From: Squalus acanthias
Taxonomy: Eukaryota
Assembly: GCA_030390025.1 (NCBI GenBank)
Contig: CM059431.1
Span: 155,994,001-156,058,000 of the forward strand
Direction of reading: 5' to 3'
Length of the DNA stretch: 64,000 nucleotides
Position numbers and translations under genes: made by a program. Each line of letters starts with the position of its first letter. Within the stretch, counting starts at the first letter, position 1. A model generated the notes under the pieces. It ran no database searches and was not told the origin of the DNA. It saw nothing but the letters and a program-made list of their open reading frames with translations. Below are positions 24,901 through 40,021 of this stretch, one piece after another.

Positions 24901-27900
24901 GTGTCAGAGTACCCTGGACTACACAGAGTGTCAGTGTACCCTGACTACACAGAGTGTCAGATTACCCTGGACTACACGGAGTGTCAGAGTACCGTGGGCT
25001 GCTCAGAGTGACAGAGTTCACTGGGCTGCACAGAGTGTCAGTGTACCCTGGACTACACAGAGTGTCAGAGTAACTTGGACGACACAGAGTGCCAGAGAAC
25101 CGTGGACTACACAGAATGTCAGAGTACCCTGGACTGCACAGAGTGTCAGAATACCCTGGACTACCCAGAGTTTCAGAGTACCGTGGGCTACACAGAGTGT
25201 CAGAGTACCTTGGACTACACGGAGTGTCAGAGTACCTTGGACTACACAGAGGGTCAGAGTACCGTTTACTAAAAAGAGTGTCAGAGGACCTTGTACTACA
25301 CAGAGTGTCAGAGTACCGTGGGCTACACAGAGTGACAGAGTACACTGGGCTACACAGAGTGTCAGAGTACCTTGGACTACGCAGAGTGTCAGAGAACCGT
25401 GGGCTACACAGAGTGACAGTGTACACTGGGCTACACCTAGTGTCAGAGTATCCTGGACTACACAGAGTTTCAGAGTAGCGTGGGCTACACAGAGTATCAG
25501 AGTACCCTGGACTAAACACAGTGTTAGAGTACCTTGGACTACACAGATTGTCAGACTACCCTGCACTACACAGAGTCTCAGAGTACCTTGGACTACATAG
25601 AGTGTCAGAGAACCGTGGACTACACAGAGTGTCAGAGTACCTTGGACTTACCAGAGTGTCAGCGAACCGTGGGCTACACAGAGTGACAGAATGCACTAGG
25701 CTACACAGAGTGTCAGAGTACCCTGGACTACACAGAGTGTCAGTGTACTCTGGACTACACAGAGTTTCAGAGTACCCTGGACGACTCAGAGCGTCAAAGT
25801 ACCCTGGACTACAAAGAGTGTCAGAGTACCCTGGACTAAACAGAGTGTCAGAGTGCCTTGGGCTACACAGAGTGTCAGAGTACCGTGGACTACACAGAGT
25901 GTCAGAGTACCCTGGACTACACAGAGTGTCAGAGTACCGTGGACTACACAGAGTGTCAGAGTACCTTGGACTACGCAGAGTGTCAGAGTACCGTTTACTG
26001 CAAAGAGTGTCAGAGGACATTGGACAACACAGAGTGTCAGAGTAACGTGGGCTACACAGATTGACAGAGTACACTGGGCTACACAGAGTGTCAGAGTACC
26101 CTGTACTACACAGGGTGTCAGAGTACCTTGACTACACAGAGAGTCAGAGTAACTTGGACTACACAGATTGTCAGAGTACCGTGGACTAAACAGAGTGTCA
26201 TAGTACCTTGGACTACGCAGAGTGTCAGAGTACCGTGGGCTACACTGAGTGACAGAGTACACTGGGCCAAACAGAGTGTCAGCGTACCCTGAAATACACA
26301 GAGTGTCAAAGTACCGTGTGCTACACAGATGGACAGAGGACACTGGGCTACACAGAGTGTCGGAGTAGCCTGGACTACACAGAGTGTCAGGGAACCGTGG
26401 ACTAAACAGAGTGTCAGAGTACCCTGGACTACACAGAGTGTCAGAGTACCGTGTGCTACACAGAGTGTCAGAGTACCTTGGACTACAGAGAGTGTCAGAG
26501 TACCGTGGGCTGCACAGAGTGACAGAGTACTCTGGACTACACAGAGTGTCAGAGTACCTTGGACTGCACAGAGTGTCAGAGTACCCTGGACTACACAGAG
26601 TGCCAGAGTACCCTGGACTACACAGAGTTTCAGAGTACCGTGGACTACACAGAGTGTCAGAGTACCCTGGACTACACAGAGTGTCAGAGTACCTTGGACT
26701 ACACAGAGTGTCAGAGTACCCTGGACTACACAGAGTGCCAGAGTACATTGGACTACCCAGAGTGTCAGAGTACCTTGGACTACGGTGAGTGTCAGAGAAC
26801 CGTGGGCTACACAGAGTGACAGAGTACACTGGGCTGCACAGAGTGTCAGAATATTCTAGACTGAACAAAGTGTCAGAGTACCCTGGGCTACACAGATTGT
26901 CAGAGTACCGTGGACTAAACAGAGTGTCATAGTACCTTGGACTACGCAGAGTGTCAGAGTACCGTGGGCTACACTGAGTGACAGAGTACACTGGGCCAAA
27001 CAGAGTGTCAGCGTACCCTAAAATACACAGAGTGTCAAAGTACCGTGTGCTACACAGATTGACAGAGGACACTGGGCTACACAGAGTGTCGGAGTAGCCT
27101 GGACTACACAGAGTGTCAGGGAACCGTGGACTAAACAGAGTGTCAGAGTACCCTGGACTACACATAGTGCCAGTGTACCCTGGACTACACACAGTGTCAG
27201 AGTACCCTGAATACACAGAGTGTCAGAGAACCCTGGACTACACGGAGTGTCAGAGTACCGTGGGCTGCACAGAGTGCCAGAGTACCGTGGACTACAAAGA
27301 ATGTCAGAGTACCCTGGACTGCACAGAGTGTCAGAATACCCTGGACTACCCAGAGTGTAGAGTACCGTGGGCTACACAGAGTATCAGAGTACCTTGGACT
27401 ACACGGAGTGTCAGAGTACCTTGGACTACACAGACTGTCAGAGTACCCTGGACTACAAAGAGTGTCAGAGTACCCTGGATTACACAGACAGTCAGAGTAC
27501 CCTGGTCTGCACAGAGTGTCAGAGCACATGGGACTACTCAGAGTGTCAGTGTACCCTGGACTACACAGAGTTTCAGAGTACCCTCTACTACACAGAGTGT
27601 CAGGGTACATTCGACTACACGTAGTGCCAGTGTACCCTGGACTACACACAGTGTCAGAGTACCTTAGGCTAAACAGAGTCTCAGAGTACCGTGGACTACA
27701 CAGAGTGTCATACTACCGTTTACTACAAACAGTGTCAGAGGACCTTGGACTACACAGAGTGTCAGAGTACCCTGGACTACACAGAGTGTCAGAGTACCTT
27801 GGACTCCGCAGAGTGTCAGAGAACCGTGGGCTACACAGAGTGACTTTGTACACTGGGCTACACAGAGTGTCAGAGTATACTGGTCTACACAGAGTGTCAG

Positions 27901-30900
27901 ATTACCGTGGGCTACACAGAGTATCAGAGTACCCTGGACTAAACACAGTGTTAGAGTATCTTGCACTGCACAGAGTGTCAGAGTACCGTGGGCTGCAAAG
28001 AGTGTCAGAGTACCTAGGACTGCACAGAGTGTCAGCGTACCATGGGCTGCACAGAGTGACAGAATACCCTGGACTAAACAGAGTGTCAGAGTACCGTGGG
28101 CTACACAGAGTGTCAGAGTACCTTGGACTACACGGAGTGTCTGAGTACCTTGGACTACACAGAGTGTCAGACTACCGTTTACTACAAAGAGTGTCAGAGG
28201 ACCTTGGACTACACAGAGTGTCACAGTACCGTGGGCTAAACAGAGTGACAGAGTACACTGGGCTACACAGAGTGTAAGAGTACCCTGGACTACACAGAGT
28301 GTCAGAGTACTTTGGACTCTGCAGAGTGTCAGAGAACCGTGGGCTACACAGAGTGACAGTGTACACTGGGCTACACAGAGTGTCAGAGTATCCTAGTCTA
28401 CACAGAGTGTCAGATTACCGTGGGCTACACAGAGTATCAGAGTACCCTGGACTAAACACAGTGTTAGAGTAACTTGGACTACACAGAGTGTCAGAGTACC
28501 GTGGGCTGCAAAGAGTGCCAGAGTACCTAGGACTGCTAGAGTGTCAGAGTACCATGGGCTGCACAGAGTGACAGAGTAACCTGGACTAAACAGAATGTCA
28601 GAGTACCTTGGACTACACAGAATGTCAGACTACCCTGGACTACACAGAGTGTCAGTGTACCTTGAACTACACAGATTGTCAGAGAACCGTGGACTACACA
28701 GAGTGCCAGAGTACCTTGGACTACGCAGAGTGTCAGCGAACCGTGCGCGACACAGAGTGTCAGAGTACCTTGGACTACACAGAGTGTCAGAGTATCCTGG
28801 ACTACACAGAGTGTCAGAGTACCCTGGACTACACAGAGTGTCAGAGTACCCTGACTACACAGAGTGTCAGAGTACCCTGGACTACACGGAGTGTCAAAGT
28901 ACCGTGGGCTGCACAGAGTGACAGACTTCACTGGGCTACACAGTGTGTCAGTGTACCCTGGACTACACAGAGTGTCAGAGTACATTGGACGACACAGAGT
29001 GCCAGAGTACCGTGGACTACACAGAATGTCAGAGTACCCTGGACTGCACAGAGTGTCAGAATACCATGGACTACCCAGAGTGTCAGAGTACCGTGGGCTA
29101 CACAGAGTGTCAGAGTACCTTGGACTACACGGAGTGTCAGAGTACCTTGGACTACACAGAGTTTCAGAGTACCCTCTACTACACAGAGTGTCAGGGTACA
29201 TTGGACCATACATACTGCCAGTGTACCCTGGACAACACACAGTGTCAGAGTACCTTAGGCTACACAGAGTCTCAGAGTACCGTGGACTACACAGAGTGTT
29301 AGAGTACCCTTGTCTACATTGAGTGTCAGAGTACCTTGGACTACACAGAGTGCCAGAGTACCGTGGACTACACAGAGTGTCAGAGTACCTTGGACTACAC
29401 AGAGTGTCAGAGTACCTTGGACTACACAGAGTGTCAGAGTACCCTGGACTACACAGAGTGTCAGAGTACCTTGGACTACGCAGAGTGTCAGAGAACCGTG
29501 GCCTACACAGAGTGTCGGAGTACCTTGGACTACACAGAGTGTCAGACTACCGTTTACTACAAAGAGTGTCAGAGGACCTTGGACTACACTGAGTGTCAGA
29601 GTACCCTGACTACACAGAGTGTCAGAGTACCCTGGACTACACGGAGTGTCAGAGTACCGTGGGCTGCACAGAGTGACAGAGTTCACTGGGCTACACAGAG
29701 TGTAAGAGTACCCTGGTCTACACAGAGTGTCAGATTACCGTGGGCTACACAGAGTATCAGAGTACCCTGGACTAAACACAGTGTTAGAGTAACTTGGACT
29801 ACACAGAGTGTCAGAGTACCTTGGACTACACAAAGTGTCAGAGAACCGTGACTAAACAGAGTTTCAGAGTACCTTGGACTACGCAGAGTGTCAGAGAACC
29901 GTGGGCTACACAGAGTGTCAGAGTACCCTGGACTACACAGAGTGTCAGTGTACCCTGACTACACAGAGTGTCAGATTACCCTGGACTACACGGAGTGTCA
30001 GAGTACCGTGGGCTGCTCAGAGTGACAGAGTTCACTGGGCTGCACAGAGTGTCAGTGTACCCTGGACTACACAGAGTGTCAGAGTACCTTGGACGACACA
30101 GAGTGCCAGAGAACCGTGGACTACACAGAATGTCAGAGTACCCTGGACTGCACAGAGTGTCAGAATACCCTGGACTACCCAGAGTTTCAGAGTACCGTGG
30201 GCTACACAGAGTGTCAGAGTACCTTGGACTACACGGAGTGTCAGAGTACCTTGGACTACACAGAGGGTCAGAGTACCGTTTACTAAAAAGAGTGTCAGAG
30301 GACCTTGTACTACACAGAGTGTCAGAGTACCGTGGGCTACACAGAGTGACAGAGTACACTGGGCTACACAGAGTGTCAGAGTACCTTGGACTACGCAGAG
30401 TGTCAGAGAACCGTGGGCTACACAGAGTGACAGTGTACACTGGGCTACACCTAGTGTCAGAGTATCCTGGACTACACAGAGTTTCAGAGTAGCGTGGGCT
30501 ACACAGAGTATCAGAGTACCCTGGACTAAACACAGTGTTAGAGTACCTTGGACTACACAGAGTGTCAGACTACCCTGGACTACACAGAGTCTCAGAGTAC
30601 CTTGGACTACATAGAGTGTCAGAGAACCGTGGACTACACAGAGTGTCAGAGTACCTTGGACTTACCAGAGTGTCAGCGAACCGTGGGCTACACAGAGTGA
30701 CAGAATGCACTAGGCTACACAGAGTGTCAGAGTACCCTGGACTACACAGAGTGTCAGTGTACTCTGGACTACACAGAGTTTCAGAGTACCCTGGACGACT
30801 CAGAGCGTCAAAGTACCCTGGACTACAAAGAGTGTCAGAGTACCCTGGACTAAACAGAGTGTCAGAGTGCCTTGGGCTACACAGAGTGTCAGAGTACCGT

Positions 30901-31910
30901 GGACTACACAGAGTGTCAGAGTACCCTGGACTACACAGAGTGTCAGAGTACCGTGGACTACACAGAGTGTCAGAGTACCTTGGACTACGCAGAGTGTCAG
31001 AGTACCGTTTACTGCAAAGAGTGTCAGAGGACATTGGACAACACAGAGTGTCAGAGTAACGTGGGCTACACAGATTGACAGAGTACACTGGGCTACAAAG
31101 AGTGTCAGAGTACCCTGTACTACACAGGGTGTCAGAGTACCTTGACTACACAGAGAGTCAGAGTAACTTGGACTACACAGATTGTCAGAGTACCGTGGAC
31201 TAAACAGAGTGTCATAGTACCTTGGACTACGCAGAGTGTCAGAGTACCGTGGGCTACACTGAGTGACAGAGTACACTGGGCCAAACAGAGTGTCAGCGTA
31301 CCCTGAAATACACAGAGTGTCAAAGTACCGTGTGCTACACAGATGGACAGAGGACACTGGGCTACACAGAGTGTCGGAGTAGCCTGGACTACACAGAGTG
31401 TCAGGGAACCGTGGACTAAACAGAGTGTCAGAGTACCCTGGACTACACAGAGTGTCAGAGTACCGTGTGCTACACAGAGTGTCAGAGTACCTTGGACTAC
31501 AGAGAGTGTCAGAGTACCGTGGGCTGCACAGAGTGACAGAGTACTCTGGACTACACAGAGTGTCAGAGTACCTTGGACTACACAGAGTGTCAGAGTACCC
31601 TGGACTACACAGAGTGCCAGAGTACCCTGGACTACACAGAGTTTCAGAGTACCGTGGACTACACAGAGTGTCAGAGTACCCTGGACTACACAGAGTGTCA
31701 GAGTACCTTGGACTACACAGAGTGTCAGAGTACCCTGGACTACACAGAGTGCCAGAGTACATTGGACTACCCAGAGTGTCAGAGTACCTTGGACTACGGT
31801 GAGTGTCAGAGAACCGTGGGCTACACAGAGTGACAGAGTACACTGGGCTGCACAGAGTGTCAGAATATTCTAGACTGAACAAAGTGTCAGAGTACCCTGG
31901 GCTACACAGA
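21901..31910 (+). repeat. Tandem higher-order duplication, period 4987-5014 bp
   Basis: ORF pairs 22126/27113, 22421/27408 and 23549/28536 (offset 4987), then 24860/29874, 25521/30535 and 26329/31343 (offset 5014, one extra monomer). Confidence 0.92.
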
Positions 31911-34900
31911 GTGTCAGAGAACCGCAGACTACACAGAGTGTTAAAGTACCCTGGTCTACACAGAGTGTCAGAGAACCGTGGACAACACAGAGTGACAGAG
32001 TACACTGGGCTAAACAGGGTGTCAGCGTACCCTGAAATACAGAGAGTGTCAAAGTACCGTGTGCTACACAGATTGACAGAGGACACTGGGCTACACAGAG
32101 TGTCGGAGAAGCCTGGACTGCACAGAGTGTCAGGGAACCGTGGATTAAACAGAGTGTCAGAGTACCTTGACTACACAGAGAGTCAGAGTAACTTGGACTA
32201 CACAGATTGTCAGAGTACCGTGGACTAAACAGAGTGTCATAGTACCTTGGACTACGCAGAGTGTCAGAGTACCGTGGGCTACACAGAGTGACAGAGTACA
32301 CTGGGTAAACAGAGTGTCAGCGTACCCTGAAATACACAGAGTGTCAAAGTACCGTGTGCTACACAGATTGACAGAGGACACTGGGCTACACAGAGTGTCG
32401 GAGTAGCCTGGACTACACAGAGTGTCAGGGAACCGTGGACTAAACAGAGTGTCAGCGTACCCTGGACTACACAGAGTGTCAGAGTACCGTGTGCTACAGA
32501 GTGTCAGAGTACCTTGGACTACAGAGAGTGTCAGAGTACCGTGGGCTGCACAGAGTGACAGAGTACTCTGGACTACACAGAGTGTCAGAGTACCTTGGAC
32601 TACACAGAGTGTCAGAGTACCCTGGACTACACAGAGTGCCAGAGTACCCTGGACTACACAGAGTTTCAGAGTACCGTGGACTACACAGAGTGTCAGAGTA
32701 CCCTGGACTACACAGAGTGTCAGAGTACCTTGGACTACACAGAGTGTCAGAGTACCCTGGACTACACAGAGTGCCAGAGTACATTGGACTACACAGAGTG
32801 TCAGAGTACCTTGGACTACGGAGAGTGTCAGAGAACCGTGGGCTACACAGAGTGACAGAGTACACTGGGCTGCACAGAGTGTCAGAATATTCTAGACTAA
32901 ACAAAGTGTCAGAGTACCCTGGGCTACACAGAGTGTCAGAGAACCGCAGACTACACAGAGTGTTAAAGTACCCTGGTCTACACAGAGTGTCAGAGAACCG
33001 TGGACAACACAGAGTGACAGAGTACACTGGGCTAAACAGGGTGTCAGCTTACCCTGAAATACAGAGAGTGTCAAAGTACCGTGTGCTACACAGATTGACA
33101 GAGGACACTGGGCTACACAGAGTGTCGGAGAAGCCTGGACTACACAGAGTGTCAGGGAACCGTGGACTAAACAGAGTGTCAGAGTACCCTGGACTACACA
33201 GAGTGTCAGAGTACCGTATGCTACACAAAGTGTCAGAGTACCTTGGACGACAGAGAGTTTCAGAGTACCGTGGGCTGCACAGAGTGACAGAGTACTCTGG
33301 ACTACACAGAGTGTCAGAGTACCTTGGACTACACAGAGTGTCAGAGTACCCTGGACTACACAGAGTGCCAGAGTACCTTGGACTACACAGAGTTTCAGAG
33401 TACCGTGGACTACACAGAGTGTCAGAGTACCCTGGACTACACAGAGTGTCAGAGTACCTTGGACTACACAGAGTGTCAGAGTACCCTGGACTACACTGAG
33501 TGACAGAGTACATTGGACTACACAGAGTGTCAGTGTACCTTGGACTACGGCGAGTGTCAGAGAACCGTGGGCTACACGGAGTGACAGAGTACACTGGGCT
33601 GCACAGAGTGTCAGAATATTCTAGACTAAACAAAGTGTCAGAGTACCCTGGGCTACACAGAGTGTCAGAGAACCGCAGACTACACAGAGTGTTAAAGTAC
33701 CCTGGTCTACACAGAGTGTCAGAGAACCGTGGACAACACAGAGTGACAGAGTACACTGGGCTAAACAGAGTGTCAGCGTACCCTGAAATGCACAGAGTGT
33801 CAAAGTACCGTGTGCTACACAGATTGACAGAGGACACTGGGCGACACAGAGTGTCGGAGTAGCCTGGACTACACAGAGTGTCAGGGAACCGTGGACTAAA
33901 CAGAGTGTCAGAGTACCCTGGACTACACAGATTGTCAGAGTACCGTGTGCTACACAGAGTGTCAGAATACATTGGACTACACAGAGTGTCAGAGTACCGT
34001 GGGCTGCACAGAGTGACAGAGTACCCTGGACTACATAGAGTGTCAGAGTACCTTGGACTACACAGAGTGTCAGAGTACCCTGGACTACACAGAGTGCCAG
34101 AGTACCTTGGACTACACAGAGTTTCAGAGTACCGTGGACTAGACAGATTGTCAGAGTACCTTGGACTACGGAGAGTGTCAGAAAACCGTGGGATACACAG
34201 AGTGACAGAGTACACTGGGCTGCACAGTGTGTCAGAATATCCAGGACTAAAGAAAGTGTCAGAGTATCCTGGGCTACACAGAGTGTCAGAGTTCCCTGGA
34301 CTACACAGAGTGTCAGAGTACCTTGACTACACAGAGTGTCAGAGTAACTTGGACTACACAGATTGTCAGAGTACCGTGGACTACACAGAGTGTCAGAGTA
34401 CCTTGGACTACGCAGAGTGTCAGAGTACCGTGGGCTACACAGACTGACAGAGTGCCCTGGGCTACACAGAGTGTCAGAGTACCCTGAAATACAGAGAGTG
34501 TCAGAGTACAGTGGGCTACACAGAGTATCAGAGTACCCTGGACTACACAGAATGTCAGAATACCGTGGGCTTCACAGAGTGACAGAGTACACCTGGCTAA
34601 ACAGAGTTTCGGAGTACCCTGGACTACACAGAGTGTTAGAGTACCGTGGACTACACAGAGTGTCAGAGTACCTTGGACTACGCAGAGTGTCAGAAAACCG
34701 TGGGCTCCACAGAGTGACAGAGTACCTTGGACTACACAGAGTGTCAAAGTAACGTGGGCTACACAGAGTGACAGCGTACACTGGGCTACACAGAGTGTCA
34801 GAGTACCCTGAAATACACAGACTGTCAGAGTACACTGGGCTACACAGAGTAAAAGAGTACACTGGCCTACACAGATTGTCAGAGTTCCTTGGACTAAACA

Positions 34901-37900
34901 GAGAGTCAGAGTACCGAGTACTACACAGAGTGTCAAAGTACCGTGGGCTACACAGAGTGTCAGAGTACCTTGGACTACACAGAGTGTCAGAGTACCATGG
35001 ACTACACAGAGTGTCAGAGTACCTTGGACTAAACAGAGTGTCATAGTTCCCTGGACTACACAGAGTGTCAGAGTACCTTGGACTACACAGAGTGTCAGAG
35101 TACCGTGGACTACACAGAGTGTCAGAGTACCTTGGACAACGCAGAGTGTCAGAGTACCGTTTACTAAAAAGAGTGTCAGAGGACCTTGTACTACACAGAG
35201 TGTCAGAGTACCGTGGGCTACACAGAGTGACAGAGTACACTGGGCTACACAGAGTGTCAGAGTACCTTGGACTACGCAGAGTGTCAGAGAAACGTGGGCT
35301 ACACAGAGTGACAGTGTACACTGGGCTACACCTAGTGTCAGAGTATCCTGGACTACACAGAGTTTCAGAGTAGCGTGGGCTACACAGAGTATCAGAGTAC
35401 CCTGGACTAAACACAGTGTTAGAGTACCTTGGACTACACAGAGTGTCAGACTACCCTGGACTACACAGAGTCTCAGAGTACCTTGGACTACATAGAGTGT
35501 CAGAGAACCGTGGACTACACAGAGTGTCAGAGTACCTTGAACTTACCAGAGTGTCAGCGAACCGTGGGCTACACAGAGTGACAGAATGCACTAGGCTACA
35601 CAGAGTGTCAGAGTACCCTGGACTACACAGAGTGTCAGTGTACTCTGGACTACACAGAGTTTCAGAGTACACTGGACGACTCAGAGCGTCAAAGTACCCT
35701 GGACTACAAAGAGTGTCAGAGTACCCTGGACTAAACAGAGTGTCAGAGTGCCTTGGGCTACACAGAGTGTCAGAGTACCGTGGACTACACAGAGTGTCAG
35801 AGTACCCTGGACTACACAGAGCGTCAGAGTACCGTGGACTACACAGAGTGTCAGAGTACCTTGGACTACGCAGAGTGTCAGAGTACCGTTTACTGCAAAG
35901 AGTGTCAGAGGACATTGGACAACACAGAGTGTCAGAGTAACGTGGGCTACACAGATTGACAGAGTACACTGGGCTACACAGAGTGTCAGAGTACCCTGTA
36001 CTACACAGGGTGTCAGAGTACCTTGACTACACAGAGAGTCAGAGTAACTTGGACTACACAGATTGTCAGAGTACCGTGGACTAAACAGAGTGTCATAGTA
36101 CCTTGGACTACGCAGAGTGTCAGAGTACCGTGGGCTACACTGAGTGACAGAGTACACTGGGCCAAACAGAGTGTCAGCGTACCCTGAAATACACAGAGTG
36201 TCAAAGTACCGTGTGCTACACAGATGGACAGAGGACACTGGGCTACACAGAGTGTCGGAGTAGCCTGGACTACACAGAGTGTCAGGGAACCGTGGACTAA
36301 ACAGAGTGTCAGAGTACCCTGGACTACACAGAGTGTCAGAGTACCGTGTGCTACACAGAGTGTCAGAGTACCTTGGACTACAGAGAGTGTCAGAGTACCG
36401 TGGGCTGCACAGAGTGACAGAGTACTCTGGACTACACAGAGTGTCAGAGTACCTTGGACTACACAGAGTGTCAGAGTACCCTGGACTACACAGAGTGCCA
36501 GAGTACCCTGGACTACACAGAGTTTCAGAGTACCGTGGACTACACAGAGTGTCAGAGTACCCTGGACTACACAGAGTGTCAGAGTACCTTGGACTACACA
36601 GAGTGTCAGAGTACCCTGGACTACACAGAGTGCCAGAGTACATTGGACTACCCAGAGTGTCAGAGTACCTTGGACTACGGTGAGTGTCAGAGAACCGTGG
36701 GCTACACAGAGTGAGAGAGTACACTGGGCTGCACAGAGTGTCAGAATATTCTAGACTGAACAAAGTGTCAGAGTACCCTGGGCTACACAGAGTGTCAGAG
36801 AACCGCAGACTACACAGAGTGTTAAAGTACCCTGGTCTACACAGAGTGTCAGAGAACCGTGGACAACACAGAGTGACAGAGTACACTGGGCTAAACAGGG
36901 TGTCAGCGTACCCTGAAATACAGAGAGTGTCAAAGTACCGTGTGCTACACAGATTGACAGAGGACACTGGGCTACACAGAGTGTCGGAGAAGCCTGGACT
37001 GCACAGAGTGTCAGGGAACCGTGGATTAAACAGAGTGTCAGAGTACCTTGACTACACAGAGAGTCAGAGTAACTTGGACTACACAGATTGTCAGAGTACC
37101 GTGGACTAAACAGAGTGTCATAGTACCTTGGACTACGCAGAGTGTCAGAGTACCGTGGGCTACACAGAGTGACAGAGTACACTGGGCTAAACAGAGTGTC
37201 AGCGTACCCTGAAATACACAGAGTGTCAAAGTACCGTGTGCTACACAGATTGACAGAGGACACTGGGCTACACAGAGTGTCGGAGTAGCCTGGACTACAC
37301 AGAGTGTCAGGGAACCGTGGACTAAACAGAGTGTCAGCGTACCCTGGACTACACAGAGTGTCAGAGTACCGTGTGCTACAGAGTGTCAGAGTACCTTGGA
37401 CTACAGAGAGTGTCAGAGTACCGTGGGCTGCACAGAGTGACAGAGTACTCTGGACTACACAGAGTGTCAGAGTACCTTGGACTACACAGAGTGTCAGAGT
37501 ACCCTGGACTACACAGAGTGCCAGAGTACCCTGGACTACACAGAGTTTCAGAGTACCGTGGACTACACAGAGTGTCAGAGTACCCTGGACTACACAGAGT
37601 GTCAGAGTACCTTGGACTACACAGAGTGTCAGAGTACCCTGGACTACACAGAGTGCCAGAGTACATTGGACTACACAGAGTGTCAGAGTACCTTGGACTA
37701 CGGAGAGTGTCAGAGAACCGTGGGCTACACAGAGTGACAGAGTACACTGGGCTGCACAGAGTGTCAGAATATTCTAGACTAAACAAAGTGTCAGAGTACC
37801 CTGGGCTACACAGAGTGTCAGAGAACCGCAGACAACACAGAGTGTTAAAGTACCCTGGTCTACACAGAGTGTCAGAGAACCGTGGACAACACAGAGTGAC

Positions 37901-40021
37901 AGAGTACACTGGGCTAAACAGGGTGTCAGCTTACCCTGAAATACAGAGAGTGTCAAAGTACCGTGTGCTACACAGATTGACAGAGGACACTGGGCTACAC
38001 AGAGTGTCGGAGAAGCCTGGACTACACAGAGTGTCAGGGAACCGTGGACTAAACAGAGTGTCAGAGTACCCTGGACTACACAGAGTGTCAGAGTACCGTA
38101 TGCTACACAGAGTGTCAGAGTACCTTGGACGACAGAGAGTTTCAGAGTACCGTGGGCTGCACAGAGTGACAGAGTACTCTGGACTACACAGAGTGTCAGA
38201 GTACCTTGGACTACACAGAGTGTCAGAGTACCCTGGACTACACAGAGTGCCAGAGTACCTTGGACTACACAGAGTTTCAGAGTACCGTGGACTACACAGA
38301 GTGTCAGAGTACCCTGGACTACACAGAGTGTCAGAGTACCTTGGACTACACAGAGTGTCAGAGTACCCTGGACTACACTGAGTGACAGAGTACATTGGAC
38401 TACACAGAGTGTCAGTGTACCTTGGACTACGGCGAGTGTCAGAGAACCGTGGGCTACACGGAGTGACAGAGTACACTGGGCTGCACAGAGTGTCAGAATA
38501 TTCTAGACTAAACAAAGTGTCAGAGTACCCTGGGCTACACAGCGTGTCAGAGAACCGCAGACTACACAGAGTGTTAAAGTACCCTGGTCTACACAGAGTG
38601 TCAGAGAACCGTGGACAACACAGAGTGACAGAGTACACTGGGCTAAACAGAGTGTCAGCGTACCCTGAAATGCACAGAGTGTCAAAGTACCGTGTGCTAC
38701 ACAGATTGACAGAGGACACTGGGCGACACAGAGTGTCGGAGTAGCCTGGACTACACAGAGTGTCAGGGAACCGTGGACTATACAGAGTGTCAGAGTACCC
38801 TGGACTACACAGATTGTCAGAGTACCGTGTGCTACACAGAGTGTCAGAATACATTGGACTACACAGAGTGTCAGAGTACCGTGGGCTGCACAGAGTGACA
38901 GAGTACCCTGGACTACATAGAGTGTCAGAGTACCTTGGACTACACAGAGTGTCAGAGTACCCTGGACTACACAGAGTGCCAGAGTACCTTGGACTACACA
39001 GAGTTTCAGAGTACCGTGGACTAGACAGATTGTCAGAGTACCTTGGACTACGGAGAGTGTCAGAAAACCGTGGGATACACAGAGTGACAGAGTACACTGG
39101 GCTGCACAGTGTGTCAGAATATCCAGGACTAAAGAAAGTGTCAGAGTATCCTGGGCTACACAGAGTGTCAGAGTTCCCTGGACTACACAGAGTGTCAGAG
39201 TAACTTGGACTACACAGATTGTCAGAGTACCGTGGACTACACAGAGTGTCAGAGTACCTTGGACTACGCAGAGTGTCAGAGTACCGTGGGCTACACAGAC
39301 TGACAGAGTGCCCTGGGCTACACAGAGTGTCAGAGTACCCTGAAATACAGAGAGTGTCAGAGTACAGTGGGCTACACAGAGTATCAGAGTACCCTGGACT
39401 ACACAGAATGTCAGAATACCGTGGGCTTCACAGAGTGACAGAGTACACCTGGCTAAACAGAGTTTCGGAGTACCCTGGACTACACAGAGTGTTAGAGTAC
39501 CGTGGACTAAACAGAGTGTCAGAGTACCTTGGACTACGCAGAGTGTCAGAAAACCGTGGGCTCCACAGAGTGACAGAGTACCTTGGACTACACAGAGTGT
39601 CAAAGTAACGTGGGCTACACAGAGTGACAGCGTACACTGGGCTACACAGAGTGTCAGAGTACCCTGAAATACACAGAGTGTCAGAGTACACTGGGCTACA
39701 CAGAGTAAAAGAGTACACTGGCCTACACAGATTGTCAGAGTTCCTTGGACTAAACAGAGAGTCAGAGTACCGAGTACTACACAGAGTGTCAAAGTACCGT
39801 GGGCTACACAGAGTGTCAGAGTACCTTGGACTACACAGAGTGTCAGAGTACCATGGACTACACAGAGTGTCAGAGTACCTTGGACTAAACAGAGTGTCAT
39901 AGTTCCCTGGACTACACAGAGTGTCAGAGTACCTTGGACTACACAGAGTGTCAGAGTACCGTGGACTACACAGAGTGTCAGAGTACCTTGGACAACGCAG
40001 AGTGTCAGAGTACCGTTTACT
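30270..40021 (+). repeat. Tandem higher-order duplication, period 4881/4882/4856 bp
   Basis: ORF pairs 30535/35416 and 31343/36224 (4881), 32422/37304 and 33500/38382 (4882), 34363/39219 and 34768/39624 (4856). Confidence 0.92.
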
